From an uncultured Polyangiaceae bacterium (lineage in GTDB: Bacteria > Desulfobacterota > Binatia > UTPRO1): a stretch of DNA of 64,000 bases. Under the pieces are notes generated by a model, which saw nothing but the letters and a program-made list of their open reading frames with translations, searched no databases and had not been told where the DNA came from. The position numbers and the translations under genes are program-made. Shown one piece after another: positions 56,527 to 64,000 of the stretch (the first letter of the stretch is position 1; the number at the start of each line of letters is the position of its first letter). The DNA lies in assembly GCA_964631985.1 (NCBI GenBank), contig CAZWAX010000001.1, positions 943-64,942 of the forward strand. The letters run 5' to 3'.

Positions 56527-56886
56527 CTAGCGCCGATACGGGTCGTGGAACTCTTCGTGTTGCTGGTTGAGATCCTGGTGAACCGCGCCGTGCTCGGCGT
56601 TTCGCTCCCGGTGGCCTTCTTCGTGAGCGCGGTCCAATCGCCGATGAACACGGCGATGCTGCTTACGCGTCATCGGCTGCGAATGCACAGCGCGATGGGC
56701 ATCGTTCAAGTCGCGGTGTTCGGCGTTGTGCTGCTGCCCCAGATCCTGATGGGTGTCCTGGTGGTCGGCGTTGAGATCCTCGTGAACGGATTCATGCTCG
56801 GGGTCGTGCGCGGGAACGGCGCCCGGAAGAGCAACGAATGCGCTCAGGACGAGGGCGAGAAAATACGCATGGTGTCGGCGAAGCAT
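56527..56886 (-). CDS. Secreted His-rich repeat protein (about 119 aa)
   Basis: Signal peptide MLRRHHAYFLALVLSAFVALPGAVPA, then repeated H-x-DLN-x2-H / HQDxxxxH units (HEDLNADHQDTHQDLGQQHNAEHRDLNDAHRAVH...HGAVHQDLNQQHEEFH). Confidence 0.6.
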   Translation of the reverse strand: MLRRHHAYFLALVLSAFVALPGAVPAHDPEHESVHEDLNADHQDTHQDLGQQHNAEHRDLNDAHRAVHSQPMTRKQHRRVHRRLDRAHEEGHRERNAEHGAVHQDLNQQHEEFHDPYRR

Positions 56887-57243
56887 TTGTATACCCTGTC
56901 CTTCGTTCAGTCTGACGTGCTTACGTTTTTTGCCAAGCTCGAGAGCGAGCTCACGAGTAGTTCTTCTCGCGGCCGCGCGTTTCCAGGACCCATGCGCCGT
57001 ACAACGGAGTCGAGGCGCGGCGGTTGCGGCCGAGCCGTAACGCACGCAGTGGCTCAACTGCGCTTTAGGTCTCGGGAGAACTACGCCGTCGAAACAATCA
57101 GAGGGCGCTGGCCTCAGTCCGAGCAACGGTCGTCGCTCGTACAAGGGTCAGTCCCTACTGCCCTTCCCCTGCGTTTCGCAGTACGCGGCACCGGCGAAGT
57201 GGCGCGTTCGGCGCGGCTACTCGCCGCGTCGAAGTCGCACGCC

Positions 57244-58425
57244 CTAAAGCGGGTTCGTTTCAGGACCGGAGCCGCACTCGTAGACTCGGATCGTCCACTG
57301 ACTTCCAGAGGTGAGGGTTGTGGTCGTAATCGCTTGGATGGGTGTCGAGATTCGGGCGAGCAGTCGCCAGATGTGAGAGGCCTTCGGATTCGTCCCCATC
57401 GAGACGACGACAACTCCACCGCTATTTCGCAGAAGTGCGTGCGCTCGCCGAAACACACCCTCTACTGACGCGAGCGGGAAGTAATAGAGAACTTCGTTGA
57501 GGACGACCACGTCGAAGCGCTTGGCGGGTTGAAAGTCGGCGAATGACCCGGTGTAGAAAGAGCGGTCGACGCCTTCACCGAAATCCCGCAGACAGTCCGC
57601 GACAACTGCGGGCGCGATATCCAGCCCGGTGTAGGACGACACAGCTCCCTTCAGAAGCGGATACAGTATCGCGTGTCCGCAACCGACGTCGAGCACGTCG
57701 GCGCCGAGCGGGAAACGATCGCGAACAATGCCGCTGATGACGTAGTGACGAGGCCGTTGAGGGAGGGAACGCAGGAACTCCCACTCGCCGTTCGCATACA
57801 TCCGGTTCCACCGCGTGGGACTGCTCGCGACGAAAAGATTCCATGCGTTCGAGACTTCATGTCTGAGTGAGGTCGCCGGCGCCGGTGAATCGAGAAAGCT
57901 CAAGGTAGACGTCCGGGCCACTCTGAAGGCAACGGCGCCGAAGAGGACTCCGGTGATCAACTCGGCCGCCGTGTGGTGCCGGATGACGTATGCGGACCCG
58001 ACGATGAGGGCTAGCGCAGCCGCAAGTAGTAGCCGCTGTGCCCCACGAACTTCGATGAATACTACTGAGCTCGCCAGGACCACGCTCGCCGTTTGGAAAC
58101 ATGTTGCATAGGGCGTTTGTCGCGGCGCCCCGATCAGCACGTAGACGGCGCTTCCGATTGTGAGAAGCAGCAGACCTACGGAGAACCGCCACAGAGCGCC
58201 CGAGTGCGAGCGGAGCGGGAAAACGAGAAAGGGCAGGAGATTCAATGCATATCCGGACAGGTTCACTAGCCTCCACACCGACCTACCGGGTGGCCCGAGG
58301 CCTGCGAACACATCTAACGGCCGGTGAATCGCGTGCTCAGCATGGCTCGCGGTTTCGAAGCCGAATAGCGTCGCTGTCAGACCGACGGCAAAAATCGCCA
58401 GCGGCGGCGTTGCTCGAGGCCTCAC
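57244..58425 (-). CDS. Membrane protein with a PAP2-like N-terminal region fused to a class I SAM-dependent methyltransferase domain
   Basis: GTG start immediately after the upstream stop. Multiple TM helices. VLDVGCGHAILYPLL (motif I) and ...VVLNEVLYY... . The PAP2 assignment is tentative. Confidence 0.55.
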   Translation of the reverse strand: MRPRATPPLAIFAVGLTATLFGFETASHAEHAIHRPLDVFAGLGPPGRSVWRLVNLSGYALNLLPFLVFPLRSHSGALWRFSVGLLLLTIGSAVYVLIGAPRQTPYATCFQTASVVLASSVVFIEVRGAQRLLLAAALALIVGSAYVIRHHTAAELITGVLFGAVAFRVARTSTLSFLDSPAPATSLRHEVSNAWNLFVASSPTRWNRMYANGEWEFLRSLPQRPRHYVISGIVRDRFPLGADVLDVGCGHAILYPLLKGAVSSYTGLDIAPAVVADCLRDFGEGVDRSFYTGSFADFQPAKRFDVVVLNEVLYYFPLASVEGVFRRAHALLRNSGGVVVVSMGTNPKASHIWRLLARISTPIQAITTTTLTSGSQWTIRVYECGSGPETNPL

Positions 58426-58794
58426 CTATTTCGTCGTTGAGTCGCTGTGGCTAGGGGACGGCAAAGGCGGTGCAGGTGTCTCCAATGGCACGACAACCCC
58501 GAGCATTACGTCGGTGGCAAGCAAGTTGCCGCTTCGCAGTCGAGACCCGTGCACCGTGACCTGCATGCCTGGCGTTAGGTCAGCCTGTGCGGCTGGTCCG
58601 TCCCAACGGCGGAACTTGGTACTATCGTTGATCTTGACGGTTGCGTTGCCACCATCGGGAGTTTTCATCACGAATTCGTTTTTCCCGACGGTGGTCACTT
58701 CTCCGTCAAAGGTCGTTTCGTTCTGCTGAGTAGGTCCGTGAGCCAAAGCCACGGCCGCCGGAAGGATGAAAGCAAGTAGTATCGTCGCACGCAT
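58426..58794 (-). CDS. Small periplasmic protein (DUF5666-like beta-fold)
   Basis: Signal peptide MRATILLAFILPAAVALAHG. ...TVKINDSTKFRRWDGPAAQADLTPGMQVTVHG... pattern also occurs in the protein at 63537. Confidence 0.55.
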   Translation of the reverse strand: MRATILLAFILPAAVALAHGPTQQNETTFDGEVTTVGKNEFVMKTPDGGNATVKINDSTKFRRWDGPAAQADLTPGMQVTVHGSRLRSGNLLATDVMLGVVVPLETPAPPLPSPSHSDSTTK

Positions 58795-58997
58795 GTTGAG
58801 TTCCTTTTCGCCATTAGCCCACAAAGAGCGGGCAAGTGGATGTCCTGGACGTGAGACGGCGCGGCGATCTATGGCGCGCCAGCGTCAAGCATCGGAGGTA
58901 ACGCGTGGAACGCGGAAGGTCTCACACCGTTCGGTTCAGCAGCCCACTAGGACTCGGAACCGGCGTGGAGTCCGAAGACGTCTCGGGGAGAGACCTC

Positions 58998-59423
58998 TCA
59001 GATCAGAAAGATATGGTGGAGAAGGTGTTTCCGCTGCGGGGAGCCTCTGGGGGCGTACGTTCGCTTAACTAGGGACGCCGACGCGAGCCATGGCGACCGC
59101 TGAGATGCTGAAGCGATCGGCAAACGAACCGAGTCGAGAACGGGACCAGTCGAACTTCCCGGGTCGCTAGAGGCCACAAGTTGCCAAGCATCACAGTGCC
59201 GACAAGTGTTAGTGCTCCGCTCAGCGGGTGAAGATTGGCGATTCTCGTCAGCCGTCGTCGTCGCGGGACGGCCGTGACAGCTCGCGACTGCGGACGGTGA
59301 GGCGAGGTTCTTTTCCGGTCGGGAAAGTTCGAAGCCGCACCGGCACAGCGCTGACATGAGTACGAGCGAGGCCGTCAGCATGGTCACTAGGGTGCGGCGC
59401 AGTGTCATGCTGCGGGTGATCAT
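58998..59423 (-). CDS. Small Cys/His-motif secreted protein (CzcI/CusF-neighbourhood type); paralogue of 59601..59987
   Basis: MITRSMTLRRTLVTMLTASLVLMSALCRC...CHG...CRHC...HLLHHIFLI. Start uncertain (no SD). Confidence 0.45.
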   Translation of the reverse strand: MITRSMTLRRTLVTMLTASLVLMSALCRCGFELSRPEKNLASPSAVASCHGRPATTTADENRQSSPAERSTNTCRHCDAWQLVASSDPGSSTGPVLDSVRLPIASASQRSPWLASASLVKRTYAPRGSPQRKHLLHHIFLI

Positions 59424-59600
59424 GGGTCTCTGTCGGATGCCTAGCAAGACGACGCCTGCGTTTCCAACGAAGTGCCTGTTGTCACGTAAGAGCTTATGGG
59501 CGGCGGCTCCTGGTCTCCTCGTGGGCGTGAAAGGCGCGAGATTGCTCACCGAATGACGGGTCTTGCCAGCTGCCTCTGAAGAGGCGCATGATCGCGAAGC

Positions 59601-59987
59601 ATGCGGTATCGGCAAGTCATTGGGACCATCGCGATCGTCACCTTAGCGGTGACCTCGGTCCTCTGTGGCTGCAAGTCGAGTTTTGCCGCGTCGACCTCCG
59701 CCGCCGCGGCGGAAGGCTGTCACGGCGGGCATCAGTCGAAGTCGAGCGATTCGAGCTCGCACGAACATCAGAAGAATTGTCAGCACTGCAAGCACGCACA
59801 GTTCCTTGAGAGTAAGGACGCCGGCAAGTTGGCCGCTGCACCTGTTCTTCAGCCGCTCGCCTGGGCGTCTAGTAACTTCCTTGTTGCCGTTCCGCCGATG
59901 GTGTTCGTGACGTCTCGTCAACGGATGCCCTGTTCGCGGGCGGCGCCCCCACCACTTCACCTCCTGAATCAAGTCTTCCTGATCTGA
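59601..59987 (+). CDS. Small lipoprotein-like Cys/His-rich protein, immediately upstream of the TolC-like gene; paralogue of 58998..59423
   Basis: MRYRQVIGTIAIVTLAVTSVLCGC...CHGGHQSKSSDSSSHEHQKNCQHCKH...HLLNQVFLI. Confidence 0.5.
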   Translation: MRYRQVIGTIAIVTLAVTSVLCGCKSSFAASTSAAAAEGCHGGHQSKSSDSSSHEHQKNCQHCKHAQFLESKDAGKLAAAPVLQPLAWASSNFLVAVPPMVFVTSRQRMPCSRAAPPPLHLLNQVFLI

Positions 59988-60348
59988 ACCCCTCTCCCAA
60001 CGGTGCGCAGAAGGCGCGCCAGGGCTGAGCTGCGTCCGCCATTCTATTTCCTCGCGGACGCCATGTTTTCCTCCGGCCATCGAGGATGAGGGGTGATGAG
60101 AAGACTATCGTTTGTACTTTTGATGCTGCCGCTTGCGAGCTGTGTCGCAGCGGTCCAGATGCCGCCGCTCTCGGCGAACCATCCGGCGAGCCCGGCCGCT
60201 GAAGAAGCGCCGGTTCCCGCATTGTCGCCGACGCTCGCCCTGCCAGAGCGGGCTGGCGACTCGCGCGGTGCGATCAAGTCGCGCGAATCAGTCCGAGGAG
60301 ATGAGCCCACAACGCCCCAAGGCGATCACAAGGGCCATGGAGGCGGGC

Positions 60349-61782
60349 ATGCTCACTAAACCGCTTCTTGGTCTCGTGCTTGTCGCTTTGACGACCGGAG
60401 GTTGTGCGGCCGTGAATGCACGGTTGGGACTCCCGGACGTAGAGCGGCTGGTTGCCGAGCGTGCGAACGCTTCCGTCTCGTGGCCCGAGACCGCGGAGGA
60501 GCGCGCGCAGGTCGAGCACACCGTTCAAGGGATTCTTGGGGAAGATCTCACGGTTGAGAGCGCGGTTCGGCTCGCGCTTCTCCACAACCGGAACCTGCAG
60601 GCCGTCTACCAAGAGCTTGGCATTGCTCAAGCCGAGCTCGTTCAGGCGGGTCTGCTTCCGAACCCGGTGCTAAGCGCGAATGTGCGCTTCGGGCTTGGCC
60701 CATCCGGGACGGGGGCTGAGCTTGGGCTCGTTCAAGAGCTCATCAATCTCTTGCAGATTCCTCTCAAGAAGCGCGTCGCAGCGGCCAATCTGGAACGGGC
60801 GAAGGCCGAGGTTGCGGGGGCCGTGCTCGACCTCGTCTTCGATGTGAAAGCTGCCTTCTACGGGCTCCAAGCGGGACTGCAGATGCTCGAGCTTCGGCGG
60901 AGTGTTGCGGACGCGACGGGATTCTCGCGCCTCGTCGCGGAACGGCAGCACGAGGCTGGAAATATCTCGGATCTCGAGGTGCGGACCGAACAGGCGCTCC
61001 ACGAAGAATCGAAAGTTGAGCTGGCGATCGCAGAAGCCGCCGTGCTCGAGGATCGCGAGACGCTCAACACCCAGCTTGGGCTCTGGGGTGGACAGACCAC
61101 ATGGTCCATCGGCGGGCGCCTACCGAGTCTTCCGCGCGAGGAGTCGAGCGGGAAGGGCCTCGAGAGCCGTGCCGTGGCTCAGCGATTGGACCTTGTTGTC
61201 GCTCGCACGCAAGGCCTCTCCCAGGTCGCGGAGCTTCGATTGACCCGCTTCTACGGCCTCCTCCCTTCAGGCTCGACGGGAGTGGCCTCCGAACGTGAGA
61301 CTGAAGGCGGCTGGTCGCTTGGACCCTCCGTCAATGTTCCGCTTCCGATCTTCGATCAGAATCAAGCGCTGATCGCGAGTAGCGCCGCCCGACTGCGGGC
61401 GAGTGAGGAACGAGTTGCTGCACTCGCCGTAGAGATTCGCGCCGATGTGCGTCGGGCCCGGATTCGTCTCGAAGCAGCACGGCAGCGAGCCGCCTACTAC
61501 GAGGCGGTTTTGCTGCCGCTCAAGAGCGATGTCGTTGAGGAGACGCTGCTTCAGTACAACGCGATGCAGGTCGGGCCCCTTCAACTGGTCCAGGCGAAGC
61601 GCGACCAGATTGATGTGGGGCGCCGCTACATCGAGACACTGGGTGAGTATTGGGCGGCCCGCACGGAGCTCGAGCGTGCCGTAGGTGGCGAGCTCACGCT
61701 TACGGACGGGCTTCCCGCGGCAGTCGAGACACCCGCGATTCCCGCGCCGCAAACGGGGTCGCAGCATCATCACGGAGGTTGA
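60349..61782 (+). CDS. TolC-family outer-membrane efflux protein (CusC/CzcC-like)
   Basis: GGAGG RBS 5 nt before the ATG. Lipoprotein-like N-terminus MLTKPLLGLVLVALTTGGC. Two repeats of the outer-membrane-factor helical/beta pattern. The Arg-rich N-terminal extension of the track ORF is spurious. Confidence 0.8.
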   Translation: MLTKPLLGLVLVALTTGGCAAVNARLGLPDVERLVAERANASVSWPETAEERAQVEHTVQGILGEDLTVESAVRLALLHNRNLQAVYQELGIAQAELVQAGLLPNPVLSANVRFGLGPSGTGAELGLVQELINLLQIPLKKRVAAANLERAKAEVAGAVLDLVFDVKAAFYGLQAGLQMLELRRSVADATGFSRLVAERQHEAGNISDLEVRTEQALHEESKVELAIAEAAVLEDRETLNTQLGLWGGQTTWSIGGRLPSLPREESSGKGLESRAVAQRLDLVVARTQGLSQVAELRLTRFYGLLPSGSTGVASERETEGGWSLGPSVNVPLPIFDQNQALIASSAARLRASEERVAALAVEIRADVRRARIRLEAARQRAAYYEAVLLPLKSDVVEETLLQYNAMQVGPLQLVQAKRDQIDVGRRYIETLGEYWAARTELERAVGGELTLTDGLPAAVETPAIPAPQTGSQHHHGG

Positions 61783-61789
61783 GGGAATC

Positions 61790-63484
61790 ATGGCAAGCGA
61801 GAAGGATCAGAAGATTGCGACCTGGGCTCGACCTATGTCGCGCCGTCAAGCGATCGCGACTGGTGCGGGTGCGTTGGTAGCAGGCACGAGCCTACTTGGT
61901 GGCGTTCGCGAGGCGCGTGCGGAAACGACGGCGCCTTCAGAGACGCCGAGCTTCGAGCAGTATCCGTTCGGACGGTCCGTGGATGCCAGTGGCACGCGGT
62001 ATTCGGACGCACACTGGGATCTGCCCGGCGAACCCGGACGCGACTACACGCCGGTCGTCACACCAAACGGTTGGACCCTCCCCTATCGGGTCGTCGACGG
62101 GGTCAAGGTCTTCGAGCTCGTCGCCGAAGAGGTGGAGCACGAGTTCGCTCCGGGACTGAAAGCGAAGTGCTGGGGTTTTAACGGCGGCGTACACGGCCCG
62201 ACCATCGAAGCGGTCGAGGGCGATCGCGTGCGCATCTACGTTACGAACCGGCTTCCTGCGCCGCACGCTGTGCACTGGCACGGGATTCTTCTTCCAAACG
62301 GCATGGACGGTGTGGCGGGCCTCAATCAACCGACGATCCGGCCGGGCGAGACCTTCCGATACGAGTTTACTCTCCGGCAGCACGGCACGCACATGTACCA
62401 CAGCCATCACGACGAGATGACGCAGATGGCGCTTGGTTCCATGGGGTTGTTCATCATCCATCCGCGGTCTCCTGGTGTCCGCCCTGATCGGGACTTCGCG
62501 CTGCTCATCAGCGAGTGGCAGATCCGAGTCGGCACCGCTCGGCCTAATCCGAACGAGATGACGGACTTCAACATCTTCACGTTTAACGCGAAGGCCTTCC
62601 CGGGTACGGCACCGCTCGTCGCAAAACTCGGGGACAAGGTTCGGATGCGGTTTGCGAGCGTTGCCGTGATGGACCATCACCCGATCCATCTCCACGGGTA
62701 CCAGTTCCCGATTGTTGCAACCGATGGCGGAACAATTTCGCCCTCCGCACGGCATATGGAGACCACAGTTCTGGTGGCGGTCGGGCAGTCGCGAATGATC
62801 GAGTTCACCGCTGACGAGCCTGGCGACTGGGCGATGCACTGTCACATGACTCACCACGTGATGAACCAGATGGGCGACGATTTCCCGAACATGATTGGCG
62901 TGAATCCAGAGGGGCTCGACGAGAAGGCTCGCGCGCTTCTGCCTGGCTACATGAGCATGGGCCACGACGGCATGGGCGACATGGCCGAGCACATCGAATC
63001 GGGCCACATGCCGGTGCCGAAGAACAGCATTCCGATGATCGGCGGCGCTGGCCCGTTCGACTACATCACCATGGGCGGCCTCTTCACGGTCTTCAAAGTC
63101 CACCCGGATCTCACGAGCTACGAGGATCCAGGCTGGTACAAGAATCCGCCGGGAACGGTCGCCGACCGCGCGAGCGGCGAGGCGCTGCGTCGCGATGGCG
63201 TGAAGTTCGATGGGAGCTCTGCGCCGCGAGCGCCGGCTGCGGCGCTTCGGTCTCACAAGCTCGCGGCTCCTCCGCCAGGTCAATACCGCGGGCGCCTTCC
63301 GACGAAGCGCGGAAACGGTGGCGGTCATGCCGGGCACAGCATGCCGAAGTCGACCACGAAAGCGCCGAAAGCCGCACCGGCTTCGGACGGGACTTACACG
63401 TGCCCGATGCACCCGGAAGTCGTGTCGAAGAAGCCCGGCGTCTGTCCCAAGTGCGGCATGCGGCTCACTCGGCGAGGAAACTGA
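61790..63484 (+). CDS. Multicopper oxidase (CopA/CueO-like) with a Tat signal and a C-terminal CxxC heavy-metal-binding tail
   Basis: SRRQAIATGAGALVAGTSLL (twin-Arg). HWHGI, HSHHDE, HPIHLHG and HCHMTHH Cu sites. C-terminal YTCPMHPEV...CPKCGM. Confidence 0.85.
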   Translation: MASEKDQKIATWARPMSRRQAIATGAGALVAGTSLLGGVREARAETTAPSETPSFEQYPFGRSVDASGTRYSDAHWDLPGEPGRDYTPVVTPNGWTLPYRVVDGVKVFELVAEEVEHEFAPGLKAKCWGFNGGVHGPTIEAVEGDRVRIYVTNRLPAPHAVHWHGILLPNGMDGVAGLNQPTIRPGETFRYEFTLRQHGTHMYHSHHDEMTQMALGSMGLFIIHPRSPGVRPDRDFALLISEWQIRVGTARPNPNEMTDFNIFTFNAKAFPGTAPLVAKLGDKVRMRFASVAVMDHHPIHLHGYQFPIVATDGGTISPSARHMETTVLVAVGQSRMIEFTADEPGDWAMHCHMTHHVMNQMGDDFPNMIGVNPEGLDEKARALLPGYMSMGHDGMGDMAEHIESGHMPVPKNSIPMIGGAGPFDYITMGGLFTVFKVHPDLTSYEDPGWYKNPPGTVADRASGEALRRDGVKFDGSSAPRAPAAALRSHKLAAPPPGQYRGRLPTKRGNGGGHAGHSMPKSTTKAPKAAPASDGTYTCPMHPEVVSKKPGVCPKCGMRLTRRGN

Positions 63485-63536
63485 GAGGCGAGAGAATCGA
63501 GATGAAGAACGCGAACCAACGAGCGGAGATAGAACC

Positions 63537-63893
63537 ATGCGAACGAAAGTAGTGACAGCGGTCCTCGGTCTGACCGTGTTCCTGAGCGCCACCCACTCGT
63601 GGGCGCACGACGAGTCGATGCACAAGGCGAAGCCGACCCGAGGGCGCGTCGCCGCGCTCCAGGGCGAATCGCTGACGCTGACGACCGACGATGGCCAGAT
63701 CGGCGTCATCCTCACGCCTGAGACCAAGGTGGAGCAAGGGGACAAGATCGTCGGGCGCGAAGCGCTGACGGCTGGAACAGCGGTAGATGTGTTCGGAACT
63801 ACTGTGCCGGGGCAAGGTCTTGTGGCGAAGGAGATCCTCGTGGGTGACGCTCACGATGGGCATTCCGAGGCGGGCGCAGGTCACAAGCACTAG
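63537..63893 (+). CDS. Small periplasmic protein (DUF5666-like) with a His-rich C-terminus
   Basis: Signal peptide MRTKVVTAVLGLTVFLSATHSWA. ...DAHDGHSEAGAGHKH at the end. Confidence 0.6.
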   Translation: MRTKVVTAVLGLTVFLSATHSWAHDESMHKAKPTRGRVAALQGESLTLTTDDGQIGVILTPETKVEQGDKIVGREALTAGTAVDVFGTTVPGQGLVAKEILVGDAHDGHSEAGAGHKH

Positions 63894-63902
63894 GAGCGGG
63901 CG

Positions 63903-64000
63903 ATGAAACTCAACCGCTTACTGCTTGTCCTCGCGGTGGCCGCAGTCCTCGTAGGAGTCGCCGGCTACGCCTACCTCGTCTCGCACACCTTCAGTGCACG
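63903..64000 (+). CDS. 5' end of a membrane/periplasmic protein gene (truncated by the window edge)
   Basis: AGGAGC RBS 5 nt before the ATG. MKLNRLLLVLAVAAVLVGVAGYAYLVSHTFS is a TM anchor. It could be an efflux adaptor but is too short to call. Confidence 0.35.
   Translation, partial: MKLNRLLLVLAVAAVLVGVAGYAYLVSHTFSA

Noticed and set aside
60133-60348. N-terminal 72-codon extension of the TolC-family ORF (MRAVSQRSRCRRSRR...)
   Set aside because: Arg-rich, lacks an RBS, and overlaps the end of the upstream small gene. The ATG at 60349 has GGAGG at 5-nt spacing and a lipoprotein-type signal.

Overview
High-GC (roughly 68-70 % by eye) 64-kb window from a Gram-negative bacterium, judged from lipoboxes and TolC-like and LolA-like genes. 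It falls into three sectors.

Sector 1, about 1-24.4 kb: chromosome-like genes. These include a quinone oxidoreductase, a GST/PaaI-thioesterase pair, a MocR regulator, a cyclase-family protein, ApaG, thiolase, a CBS protein, PNPOx, USP and a DUF2267 protein. Interleaved with them are very large secreted multidomain proteins: a PQQ sugar dehydrogenase fused to dihaem cytochrome c, a penicillin-acylase homologue with a Cys-rich tail, and a 1256-aa protein with PHP-like motifs.

Sector 2, about 24.4-45.9 kb: a visibly A/T-richer mosaic island full of gene remnants. The remnants are a transposase-like HTH fragment, a PrimPol gene with an in-frame TAG, an ion-channel N-terminal fragment and an NTF2-like fragment. 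Among them sit intact genes with no assignable housekeeping function. The most striking is a 1446-aa HNH-NACHT-HEAT STAND NTPase translationally coupled to three uncharacterised downstream genes. There is also a 4-nt-overlapping gene pair with PD-(D/E)xK-like and HEPN-like (RNGIGH) motifs, a Hanks-type Ser/Thr kinase next to a TerB/bacterial-PH protein, and a 701-aa orphan gene flanked by about 60-nt direct repeats. The island ends at a tRNA-derived 3' fragment (GGGTTCAAATCCC).

Sector 3, about 45.9-64 kb: a copper/metal-handling locus. It holds two multicopper oxidases (one carrying dockerin-like repeats), a galactose-oxidase-like radical copper oxidase, a TolC/CusC-like OMP, several His-rich small proteins, an inverted pair of paralogous Cys/His-rich small genes, and decayed CDF and ABC transporter fragments.

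No rRNA, intact tRNA or CRISPR array was seen. Many long antisense ORFs in the track are GC-frame artefacts.
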